Shown here one piece after another: positions 36,678 through 44,187 of a stretch of DNA of 64,000 bases. The stretch's first letter is position 1; each line of letters begins with the position of its first letter. A program made the position numbers and the translations under genes. The notes under the pieces are model-generated. The model was not told the DNA's origin, did no database searches, and saw nothing but the letters and a program-made list of their open reading frames with translations. The stretch comes from Eubacteriales bacterium (lineage in GTDB: Bacteria > Bacillota > Clostridia > Oscillospirales > CAG-272): positions 1,112 through 65,111 of the forward strand of contig JAZOMF010000075.1 in assembly GCA_045653805.1 (NCBI GenBank), given 5' to 3'.

Positions 36678-37028
36678 ATGGCAGTTTACGATGCAAACAA
36701 TCTTGATATTGAAGCTGTTAGGAAAGATGGTGTTGTTGAACTATTCATCATATCGTCCGGCAAGTTTGATGACAGTGCTGAACAGCAGACTTTGCTTATG
36801 GATAAAATAGAAAACTATATAGGCTATGTTTTAAGCGACGAATTTAAAATCAAGCACCATGATTGTTCGAAGGAAAAAATTTGGATTGTACTAAGTTTAG
36901 AAAAAAAGCCCGGTAATTTGCTTGTGGAATTATGCAGAAAAATCCACCCATGGGTTAAGTCATATGGAATCAATTATAGAGTAGAATACAAATCGTTGTT
37001 TGGACAATACCGAAATTTAATTATATAG
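36678..37028 (+). CDS. cassette gene B: 116-aa hypothetical protein
   Basis: Weak RBS aaagg and a TAG stop. The pattern recalls small immunity-like proteins, from memory only. Confidence 0.55.
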   Translation: MAVYDANNLDIEAVRKDGVVELFIISSGKFDDSAEQQTLLMDKIENYIGYVLSDEFKIKHHDCSKEKIWIVLSLEKKPGNLLVELCRKIHPWVKSYGINYRVEYKSLFGQYRNLII

Positions 37029-37064
37029 CGACAAATTCCATATGACTTTTTGTGTTTTATTGGA

Positions 37065-37092
37065 AGGGACAGTCGAGGACGCCTGTCCCTAC
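37065..37092. repeat. R2: hairpin agggacag/ctgtccct ending in CCCTAC
   Basis: 8-bp stem. It occupies the same position relative to the P module as R0 and R1. Confidence 0.55.
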
Positions 37093-37103
37093 AAGACATA
37101 GGA

Positions 37104-37189
37104 CGGTTCAATTTGTAAAGAATTGAGCCGTCCTATTTACTTTTTGCCGTTTTTATGGTATAATCTAACTAATCGATAAACTTGAATTT
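37104..37189 (+). promoter_or_regulatory. P3: portable promoter/5'UTR module, copy 3 (almost identical to P1)
   Basis: cggttcaatttgtaaagaattgagccgtcctaTTTACTttttgccgtttttaTGgTATAATctaactaatcgataaacttgaattt. 10-bp hairpin cggttcaatt/aattgagccg. Confidence 0.7.
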
Positions 37190-37208
37190 GACAAAGGAGA
37201 ATATACTT

Positions 37209-37853
37209 ATGAAGAAAAGCATTTATTTAATATGTTTACTTTTAGTTTCTTGCCTTGTTTTCTCGTCCTGCTCTAAATCGGCAGGTCTTAATATAGGATT
37301 TGATGGAAGAATGGGACAATTGCCCGAGGTTTATTTTGGTGTGAAAAGCGATAAAACGGAGTTTAATATTGATGATGTTACTCTTGATTTTTCATACGGA
37401 GACGGAAGTGTTTCCGATGTAGAGGGTTATGTTGGCGGTGATAATGGAGAAGATTGCCCAATCGTCTGTATTGCCGTATATTTCTTTAATGCAAAGCACC
37501 AAGATACTGTAACAAGTTTTGGAGAGGCTCGTTTTGAAGATTATAAAGAAATCGAGGGGGTGTATTTTGTAAAAGAAATCAGCCTTGATGATTACAATGA
37601 AAATTATGATGTGGAAAATAGTTTTTGGGGTTGCAAATACGAACATACCGAAACCTTGACAATTCCCGAAGAAGTTATGGAACTTTCTACAGGTTATGCT
37701 TGTCTTGGCGTTTTTCAGATAGTATATATTCCTTCAGAAAATTTGTATCGTATTGTTGGCGGCGAATACCAAGCCTTAAAATACGAAAAACTTGACGGAG
37801 ATATGGTAAAAATATCAAAGCCCATAGGAAGCCACTACGAAGCCCCCAAATAA
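37209..37853 (+). CDS. cassette gene C: 214-aa lipoprotein of unknown function
   Basis: AAGGAGA RBS and lipobox LVFSSCSK. The track start at 37182 is rejected. Confidence 0.65.
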   Translation: MKKSIYLICLLLVSCLVFSSCSKSAGLNIGFDGRMGQLPEVYFGVKSDKTEFNIDDVTLDFSYGDGSVSDVEGYVGGDNGEDCPIVCIAVYFFNAKHQDTVTSFGEARFEDYKEIEGVYFVKEISLDDYNENYDVENSFWGCKYEHTETLTIPEEVMELSTGYACLGVFQIVYIPSENLYRIVGGEYQALKYEKLDGDMVKISKPIGSHYEAPK

Positions 37854-37864
37854 TAAAGCCGCAA

Positions 37865-38011
37865 AATTCCAATTTATCGACCAGAACAGCGTTGAATGTG
37901 GTGTAATTTTGGTGCAAATTTGGTGCAACACTTTATGCGACAATACTCACGATGTTCACGATATCGCACGTATTTCCACGATATTCACGATATCAAACGG
38001 TACTCTCAAAA
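37865..38011 (+). repeat. I3: iteron-rich conserved 3' module, copy 2
   Basis: Aligns with I1 base for base over most of its length. Five CACG(A/T)(A/T) cores at 9-10 bp spacing. Confidence 0.8.
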
Positions 38012-38087
38012 CTCCAAGAGATAATTACCCATTTGGGATTATTTCGATATACAAAAAGCTCTGCTTCGGCAGAGCTTTTTGTTTTGC
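38012..38087 (+). repeat. T3: second displaced copy of rpsI end (ctccaagagataattaccc...) plus terminator
   Basis: Matches T0 over about 75 nt. Its terminator is identical to that of T1 (UUCG loop), at 38057-38085. Confidence 0.85.
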
Positions 38088-38091
38088 GGTG

Positions 38092-38170
38092 CGGTTCAAT
38101 TTGTAAAAACTCTGCCATCCTATTTACTTTTCGGGAATTTTATGATATAATGCAACTGTTATATAAACTC
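38092..38170 (+). promoter_or_regulatory. P4: promoter module copy 4, contiguous with T3 (candidate ancestral rpsI-GNAT intergenic arrangement)
   Basis: cggttcaatttgtaaaaactctgccatcctaTTTACTtttcgggaattttaTGaTATAATgcaactg... Confidence 0.6.
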
Positions 38171-38190
38171 TGATTGGACGAGGTACAAAT

Positions 38191-38802
38191 ATGAACGCAA
38201 AGTTCAAGATTAACGAATTTGTTATAGAAACTGAAAGATTAATTTTACGTCCGTTTAAGCAATCTGACCTGCACGATTTTTACGAATACGCTTCTGTTCC
38301 GGGTGTTGGCGAAATGGCCGGTTGGAAGCATCACGAAACCATCGAAAAATCTCAAGAAATATTGGATATTTTTATTAAAGAAGATAAAACCTTCGCTATT
38401 GTTTTAAAAGAGAACAACAAGGTAATAGGTTCTCTTGGCATTGAAAAATACGGACTTGAGGACAAGCTGACAGAATTTAATAGTTATTATGGACGTGAAA
38501 TCGGTTACGTATTATCTAAGGATTACTGGGGAAAAGGCATAATGCCTGAAGCGGTAATGGCTGTAATTAACTATTTGTTCAACAATTTGCAGTTCGACTT
38601 TTTGACCTGTGGATATTATAACTTTAACAACCAATCAAAGAGAGTTCAGGAAAAGTGTGGGTTTAAGCCTTATAGAAAACTTACTATGGATACTCGTTTA
38701 GGTACGAAAGAACCCGGTGTCCTAAATTTACTTATCAATCCCGCAAAAAACATTTCTCTTGCGTTCTCTCATCCCGAAACGTTGATTTATAAATGGTGCT
38801 AA
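38191..38802 (+). CDS. GNAT N-acetyltransferase (RimJ/RimL-like)
   Basis: 203 aa with the typical ETERLILRPF N-terminus and a GKGI...A acetyl-CoA motif. Confidence 0.8.
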   Translation: MNAKFKINEFVIETERLILRPFKQSDLHDFYEYASVPGVGEMAGWKHHETIEKSQEILDIFIKEDKTFAIVLKENNKVIGSLGIEKYGLEDKLTEFNSYYGREIGYVLSKDYWGKGIMPEAVMAVINYLFNNLQFDFLTCGYYNFNNQSKRVQEKCGFKPYRKLTMDTRLGTKEPGVLNLLINPAKNISLAFSHPETLIYKWC

Positions 38803-38825
38803 AATTCAATTTGAAGAGGTATTAA

Positions 38826-39107
38826 ATGAAAAAATCATTTGCATGCAGTGTAATATGCCAAGGTGGAATAGTTGGCGGTAGTCTTTCTATTGACGAAAAA
38901 TCCATCACCTACAAGACAAATAAGCTTACCGTAGACAGCAAATACAGAAACCTCGTTTTGCCGCTCATTGGCATCAGAGAGCTTTCGTGGAAATGGATAG
39001 TTTTCCCCGTGGCAACCTTATACATGACAAACGGGGAACAGTATAAGTTCATAATATTCAATAAAAAAGGGTTCAACGAATACTTTGCCGAAGTCATGCA
39101 ACTTTAA
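38826..39107 (+). CDS. 93-aa hypothetical protein (possibly bacterial PH-like fold)
   Basis: RBS AGAGG. The fold guess is weak. Confidence 0.5.
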   Translation: MKKSFACSVICQGGIVGGSLSIDEKSITYKTNKLTVDSKYRNLVLPLIGIRELSWKWIVFPVATLYMTNGEQYKFIIFNKKGFNEYFAEVMQL

Positions 39108-39130
39108 TTATATTTGATTCCTCACATGTA

Positions 39131-39159
39131 TTGACAAACTAAAAAATTGGTGATATAAT
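39131..39159 (+). promoter_or_regulatory. perfect extended consensus promoter TTGACA-N17(TGa)-TATAAT
   Basis: ttgacaaactaaaaaattggtgatataat. Confidence 0.75.
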
Positions 39160-39193
39160 AAAACTACCAAAATTTTCAGGAGGAATAAATACT

Positions 39194-39307
39194 ATGGCAA
39201 GACTTCTTTCTTTCGGTTGTGAGGCGATCGTATCCGCACCCGCGTTAATTCTTATCGCCGTATCTGTAGTTAGCTCTGTTGTAGTTTTCTTTAAGAAAAA
39301 GAAATAA
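39194..39307 (+). CDS. 37-aa hydrophobic peptide with KKKK tail (not in ORF track)
   Basis: AGGAGG RBS 10 nt upstream. Sequence MARLLSFGCEAIVSAPALILIAVSVVSSVVVFFKKKK, TAA stop, two hairpins downstream. Confidence 0.6.
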   Translation: MARLLSFGCEAIVSAPALILIAVSVVSSVVVFFKKKK

Positions 39308-39350
39308 TATAAATAACGGCGGAAAATATCCGCCGTTATTTCATATAAAA

Positions 39351-39380
39351 ACGGAGAGGCAAAAACCTCTCCGTTTTCTT
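39351..39380. terminator. bidirectional terminator (small peptide gene / gpmI)
   Basis: acggagagg-caaaaa-cctctccgt flanked by A- and T-tracts. An additional hairpin lies at 39313-39339. Confidence 0.75.
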
Positions 39381-39389
39381 TATCAAAAA

Positions 39390-41051
39390 TCACTTAAGCT
39401 CAATAACGCTTTCGTCCCACTTTGCGGGCGCCTCGTAACCCATAAGGTTAACCATAGTAGCCGCTACGTTGGAGAGACCGAAGTTGCCCTCGTCTGCCTT
39501 TACGGTGTAGTGATTCTTTGCATCGGTGTTGTCGTAAATGATGCAGGGAACCTTGTTGAGGGTGTGGCTGGTCTTAGCTTTCATCTTGCCATTCTTATCA
39601 ACCTTGGGCTGACCCTTCTTGTCCATCTCAAACATTTCGTCAGCATTACCGTGGTCTGCGGTGAGAAGAGCAACGCCACCCAGCTTGTCAACAACTGCAA
39701 GGATTCTGCCGATCTGAAGGTCAAGAGCCTCCATAGAGCATCTTGTAGCCGCAAGAGAGCCGGTATGACCTACCATATCTCCGTTGGGGAAGTTTACTCT
39801 GTAATAGTCATGCTCGCCTGCCTCAAGAGCCGCGATGAGCTTATCGGTGATCTCTGCGCACTTCATCCAAGGTCTCTGCTCAAAGGGAACTACGTCGGAA
39901 AGAACCTCAACGTATGTCTCATTCTCCTCGGAGAACTTGCCGGACTTGTTACCGTTCCAGAAGTAGGTAACGTGACCGTATTTCTGGGTCTCGGAGATAG
40001 CATACTGCTTAACGCCGGTGTTAGCGAGGTACTCGCCCATAGTCTCGGTGATCTCGGGGGGATTTACAAGGAACTTGGAGGGGATGTGAAGGTCGCCGTC
40101 GTATTCAAGCATACCTGCGTAAACTACCTTAGGAACGCGAACTCTGTCGAACTTGTCAAAGGCACCCTCGGGAGCGTCGAAGGTCTTGGATATCTCAATG
40201 GAGCGGTCGCCACGGAAGTTGAAGAAGATAACGCTGTCGCCGTCTTCAACGGTACCAACGGGCTTGCCGTCCTCTGCGATTACGAAGGGAGGAAGATCCT
40301 GGTCGATTACCTTAAGCTCTGCTCTGTAGGTCTCAACTGCCTCAGCTGCGCTTGCAAACTGTCTGCCCTCGCCAAGAACGTGGGTCTTCCAGCCAAGCTC
40401 GACCATAGACCAGTCTGCTTCATATCGGTCCATAGTGATCTTCATTCTACCGCCGCCGCTTGCGATCTTGATGTTGCAGTTAGCGTCGGAAAGGGATGCA
40501 ATGTATTCCTCAAAGGGATTGATGTACTCAAGTGCGCTGGTCTCACCAACGTCACGACCATCGATAAGGATGTGAATGCGGATGTTTGCAATGCCATCAG
40601 CCTTAGCCTGTGCGATCATAGCCTTGAGGTGATCGATGTGAGAGTGAACGTTACCGTCGGAGAAAAGTCCGAGGAAGTGAAGAGTAGAAGCGTTAGCCTT
40701 AACGTTGCCAACGATCTCCTGCCAAGTAGAAGAAGCGAACATCTTGCCGCTTTCAATGCTCTGTGTTACCAGCTTTGCGCCCTGAGCGAACACCTGACCC
40801 GCGCCGAGAGCGTTGTGACCAACCTCACTGTTACCCATATCGTCATCAGAGGGAAGACCAACGGCAGTACCGTGAGCCTTGAGAGCAACCATAGGATAGT
40901 TTGCCATAAGAGCGTCGAGATTAGGAGTGTAAGCGCCTGCAACTGCGTTGGAAATAGTGTCGGGAGCAAGTCCTACGCCATCCATAACGATGGTGAGAAC
41001 GGGACCCTTAACACCTTCAAACTTTGCGCTTTTGTTAAGTGTAAGTGCCAT
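39390..41051 (-). CDS. gpmI: 2,3-bisphosphoglycerate-independent phosphoglycerate mutase
   Basis: 553 aa with DGVGL, NSEVGHNALGAG and a metal-binding ADHGNAD motif. Confidence 0.9.
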   Translation of the reverse strand: MALTLNKSAKFEGVKGPVLTIVMDGVGLAPDTISNAVAGAYTPNLDALMANYPMVALKAHGTAVGLPSDDDMGNSEVGHNALGAGQVFAQGAKLVTQSIESGKMFASSTWQEIVGNVKANASTLHFLGLFSDGNVHSHIDHLKAMIAQAKADGIANIRIHILIDGRDVGETSALEYINPFEEYIASLSDANCNIKIASGGGRMKITMDRYEADWSMVELGWKTHVLGEGRQFASAAEAVETYRAELKVIDQDLPPFVIAEDGKPVGTVEDGDSVIFFNFRGDRSIEISKTFDAPEGAFDKFDRVRVPKVVYAGMLEYDGDLHIPSKFLVNPPEITETMGEYLANTGVKQYAISETQKYGHVTYFWNGNKSGKFSEENETYVEVLSDVVPFEQRPWMKCAEITDKLIAALEAGEHDYYRVNFPNGDMVGHTGSLAATRCSMEALDLQIGRILAVVDKLGGVALLTADHGNADEMFEMDKKGQPKVDKNGKMKAKTSHTLNKVPCIIYDNTDAKNHYTVKADEGNFGLSNVAATMVNLMGYEAPAKWDESVIELK

Positions 41052-41322
41052 AATATTTTATATTCCTCCATAAATTATTTCAAAATTATACCAAATTATA
41101 GTATAACCTATTTTTGTGGATTTTTCAAGAGATTTTTCAAAAATATATGATGAATTTTCGCTTTTATATAAAGTTTCTCTTTGTAGAAAGTGCCAACCGA
41201 CAAAAATTGACACATTATCACACAGAATTCACACAGAATCAATAAATATTTACAAATAAACCTTGTCTTTTCCTTTAAAATAATGTATTATTATAAGTAG
41301 TTATTTTATTTAGAGGTCAAGT

Positions 41323-42234
41323 ATGTTTGGTTACATCCGCACAGACACGCCGGAGCTGCGTGTGAGAGAAAATGAATATTACCGTGCGGTGTATTGCGGT
41401 CTTTGCCGCGCGCAGGGAAGATGCACGGGTCAGTGCTCTCGCATGACCCTCAGCTATGACATCACCTTTCTGGCTTTGCTCCGATTGGCGATTTCGGGTG
41501 AAAAGCCTGAGATTAAAAGAGGACGTTGCATAGCTCACCCCTTCAAAAAGCGTGCATACGTTGAGGGTTGTGAGTCGCTTGACTATTGTGCCTATGCCGC
41601 AGCACTCTTGATATACGGAAAGACCGCAGACGATATTGCAGACGAAAAAGGACTTGACCGCATTAAAGCAAAGCTCTTAAAGCCTATTGCAAAGGGTATG
41701 CGCAGAAAGGCGTTGCACTATTATCGAGAGCTTGACGAAAGAATCGAATCAGGTCTTAAAAGACTCGCCGAAACCGAAAAGAAAAGACTTTCTTCGGTAG
41801 ACGTTCCCGCAGATTGCTTTGGAGATGTTCTTGCAGATATATTATCCTTTGGGCTTGAAGGAAACAACGAAACAATTATGCGCAATATCGGACGACACAT
41901 AGGACGATGGATATATATCGTCGATGCCTGTGACGACCTTGATGACGACATTAAAAAGCAGCGTTTTAATCCCTTTATATACCTTTACGACGGCAGAGAG
42001 CTTACAGAGGAACAGAAGAGGGACGTTGCAAACTCGCTCCGCTTGGAGCTTGCTGCGGCAGAGCCTGCATTTGATCTTATAGATTTTTCAGAATGTCCGA
42101 CTATTGAGGGCATCATCAAAAATATAATATACCGTGGTATGCCCGACACGGCGGACAGCGTTCTTGAAATAGACGGCAAGACCAAAGGTGAAAACAAGCG
42201 CAAACACAAGAGAGGAAAATCCACAAATGGCTGA
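41323..42234 (+). CDS. conserved hypothetical protein with N-terminal Cys cluster (DUF5685-like by recollection)
   Basis: 303 aa, MFGYIR...[18 protein letters not shown]. Confidence 0.5.
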   Translation: MFGYIRTDTPELRVRENEYYRAVYCGLCRAQGRCTGQCSRMTLSYDITFLALLRLAISGEKPEIKRGRCIAHPFKKRAYVEGCESLDYCAYAAALLIYGKTADDIADEKGLDRIKAKLLKPIAKGMRRKALHYYRELDERIESGLKRLAETEKKRLSSVDVPADCFGDVLADILSFGLEGNNETIMRNIGRHIGRWIYIVDACDDLDDDIKKQRFNPFIYLYDGRELTEEQKRDVANSLRLELAAAEPAFDLIDFSECPTIEGIIKNIIYRGMPDTADSVLEIDGKTKGENKRKHKRGKSTNG

Positions 42235-42874
42235 ATATAAAGACCCTTATAAGGTATTGGGCGTATCTCCCGACGCAACCGACGAGGAGATCAAGGAGGC
42301 TTACCGAAAGCTCGCCCGAAAATACCATCCCGATAAATATGTCGATAGCGACATGAAGGAGATTGCCGAGGAGAAGATGAAGGAAGTCAACTCCGCACAC
42401 GAGGAGATCCAGGCAATTCGATCGGGAAAATCCCAAGGCGGATTTAATGCGGGATACGGTAGCTACGGCAATTACGGCGGTTACAATAATTCGTCTAACA
42501 ATTCAAGATATAATTACGGTCAGGTTCGTAGAAACATCAATAACGGCAATATCGCAGAGGCTGAGGCAGAGCTTAACTCTGTCAACGAGGGCGACCGCGC
42601 CGCAGAATGGCACTATCTTATGGGCTGTATCCTTATCAAAAAGGGATATTTCGTTGATGCCCAAAGAATGATAAACACAGCTTGTACCATGGACCCTGCA
42701 AACCCCGAATACAGAGCCGCAAGAGACCGTCTTACTATGCAGGCACGCGGCTACGGTACAGGCGGAATGAATGGAAATGATATGGGTTGCTCGGGCTGTG
42801 ACGTTTGCACCTCGCTTTTGTGCCTTGACTGCTGCTGCGAGTGCATGGGCGGCGACCTTATCAGATGTATTTAA
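42227..42874 (+). CDS. J-domain protein with N/G/Y-rich linker and extremely Cys-rich C-terminus
   Basis: YKVLGV...KYHPDK J-domain with HPD. The tail is [28 protein letters not shown]. The start overlaps the upstream gene. Confidence 0.75.
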   Translation: MAEYKDPYKVLGVSPDATDEEIKEAYRKLARKYHPDKYVDSDMKEIAEEKMKEVNSAHEEIQAIRSGKSQGGFNAGYGSYGNYGGYNNSSNNSRYNYGQVRRNINNGNIAEAEAELNSVNEGDRAAEWHYLMGCILIKKGYFVDAQRMINTACTMDPANPEYRAARDRLTMQARGYGTGGMNGNDMGCSGCDVCTSLLCLDCCCECMGGDLIRCI

Positions 42875-42892
42875 AATAACGAGGTAACAGAC

Positions 42893-43459
42893 GTGAAAAG
42901 AGGAATACCTCAAAAAACAAAACGGCTAACAGCCAGTGCATTGCTTGCGGCTTTGGGAGTGGCCTTGCTTTTTATGGGATCGTTTATCGAAACTCTTGAT
43001 CTTTCGATGGCGGCTTTGGCATCATTCTTCTGCCTTTTTGCAGTTATAGAATTTGGTGGAATATATCCATGGCTTATTTTTGCAGTGACCGGAATCCTTT
43101 CGGTAGTCCTTATGCCGTATAGCATGGGAGGATGGTTCTATATTTTGTTCTTTGGATATTATCCAATAGTAAAGGATAAGCTCCAGAGATTAAAAAAGCC
43201 CTTTGTCTGGACACTCAAAATACTGCTGCTCAATGCGGCGGTGGCAATAAGCTTGACAATCGCCAGCTTCCTGCTTTACGGCGGCGACTTCTATAACACC
43301 TTTATGATGACATTTGGCGAGGACGGCTGGGGACTCTACGCCGCAATCGGAACCTACCTGCTTTTGAACGTAACCTTTGTGGTTTACGATATAGCACTTA
43401 ATCGACTCGTAGTGTTTTATTACGTAAAGATACGAAATAAATTTAAGTTTTTAAGATAA
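42893..43459 (+). CDS. hypothetical membrane protein (5-6 TM)
   Basis: GTG start with GAGGT RBS, 188 aa. Confidence 0.55.
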   Translation: MKRGIPQKTKRLTASALLAALGVALLFMGSFIETLDLSMAALASFFCLFAVIEFGGIYPWLIFAVTGILSVVLMPYSMGGWFYILFFGYYPIVKDKLQRLKKPFVWTLKILLLNAAVAISLTIASFLLYGGDFYNTFMMTFGEDGWGLYAAIGTYLLLNVTFVVYDIALNRLVVFYYVKIRNKFKFLR

Positions 43460-43460
43460 A

Positions 43461-43488
43461 AAGACCGTTTTTTTAAACGGTCTTTTTT
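43461..43488. terminator. bidirectional terminator
   Basis: aagaccgttt-tttt-aaacggtctt followed by tttt. Confidence 0.8.
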
Positions 43489-43496
43489 CATTAAAG

Positions 43497-44066
43497 TTAG
43501 ATTTTCTTATCGGAAAGCAATTTCCACACGCGGAGCGCCGCAATCTGTGTCTTTGCATCAGGAAGCTCACCCTGCTCGATCATATCCAGCATTTTTTCAA
43601 AGGGAACACGCTCGCACTCGAGAAATTCGTCATCGTCAAGCTCTCTCTCACCTAAGGTCAGTCCTCTTGCGAAATACATATAGATGACCTCGCTCAAGAG
43701 AGCGGGGGATGGGTACATCTCACCAAGATATATAAGCTCTCGACATTCTGCACCTGTTTCCTCACGAAGCTCGCGAAGAGCCGCAGAGCGCAAGTCGTCT
43801 CGCTCACCAACTTCAAGCTTTCCCGCAGGAATTTCAAGGGTACATTTTCTATGAGCATAGCGGTATTGCTTAACGAGTATAACCTCACCTTCGTCTGTCA
43901 ATGGAAGAACGCACACACCACCGTTGTGGTTGCAATATTCCCTTATTCCTTCGCTTCCGTCGGGAAGAAAGATTTCATCCCTATATAAGTGAAGTACTCG
44001 CCCGTCGTATATGAGTTCACTGGATTTTTCCTTTTCAATAAGCTTGCTCTCGTCTATCATAAGCAC
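43497..44066 (-). CDS. NUDIX hydrolase (ADP-ribose pyrophosphatase-like)
   Basis: Nudix box GKLEVGERDDLRSAALRELREETG. Confidence 0.8.
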   Translation of the reverse strand: MLMIDESKLIEKEKSSELIYDGRVLHLYRDEIFLPDGSEGIREYCNHNGGVCVLPLTDEGEVILVKQYRYAHRKCTLEIPAGKLEVGERDDLRSAALRELREETGAECRELIYLGEMYPSPALLSEVIYMYFARGLTLGERELDDDEFLECERVPFEKMLDMIEQGELPDAKTQIAALRVWKLLSDKKI

Positions 44067-44187
44067 CTCTAATAAAATTTATCGATACAATTATACACTA
44101 ACTTTAATTTTTTGTAAAGTAGACTTGATTATTTTTTAAAAATATGTTAAAATCAATGTGTAAAAATGCAAGCATAGGAGCAAAAGC

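Noticed and set aside
35703-38170. Considered a CRISPR array or a classical integron cassette array
   Set aside because: - Not CRISPR: the repeats are 75-180 bp composite modules separated by RBS-equipped genes, not 25-40 bp repeats with short spacers, and there are no cas genes.
- Not a classical integron: there is no intI or attI, and the junction palindromes lack the RYYYAAC/GTTRRRY attC ends.
- In addition, every cassette has its own promoter.
39139-39393. 84-aa minus-strand ORF overlapping the hydrophobic-peptide gene
   Set aside because: It has no RBS and spans two terminator hairpins. The plus strand carries a perfect promoter, RBS and short ORF arrangement.
39510-41150. 546-aa plus-strand ORF antisense to gpmI
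   Set aside because: The minus frame encodes a full-length iPGM with catalytic motifs and a GGAGG RBS. The plus frame is an artefact.
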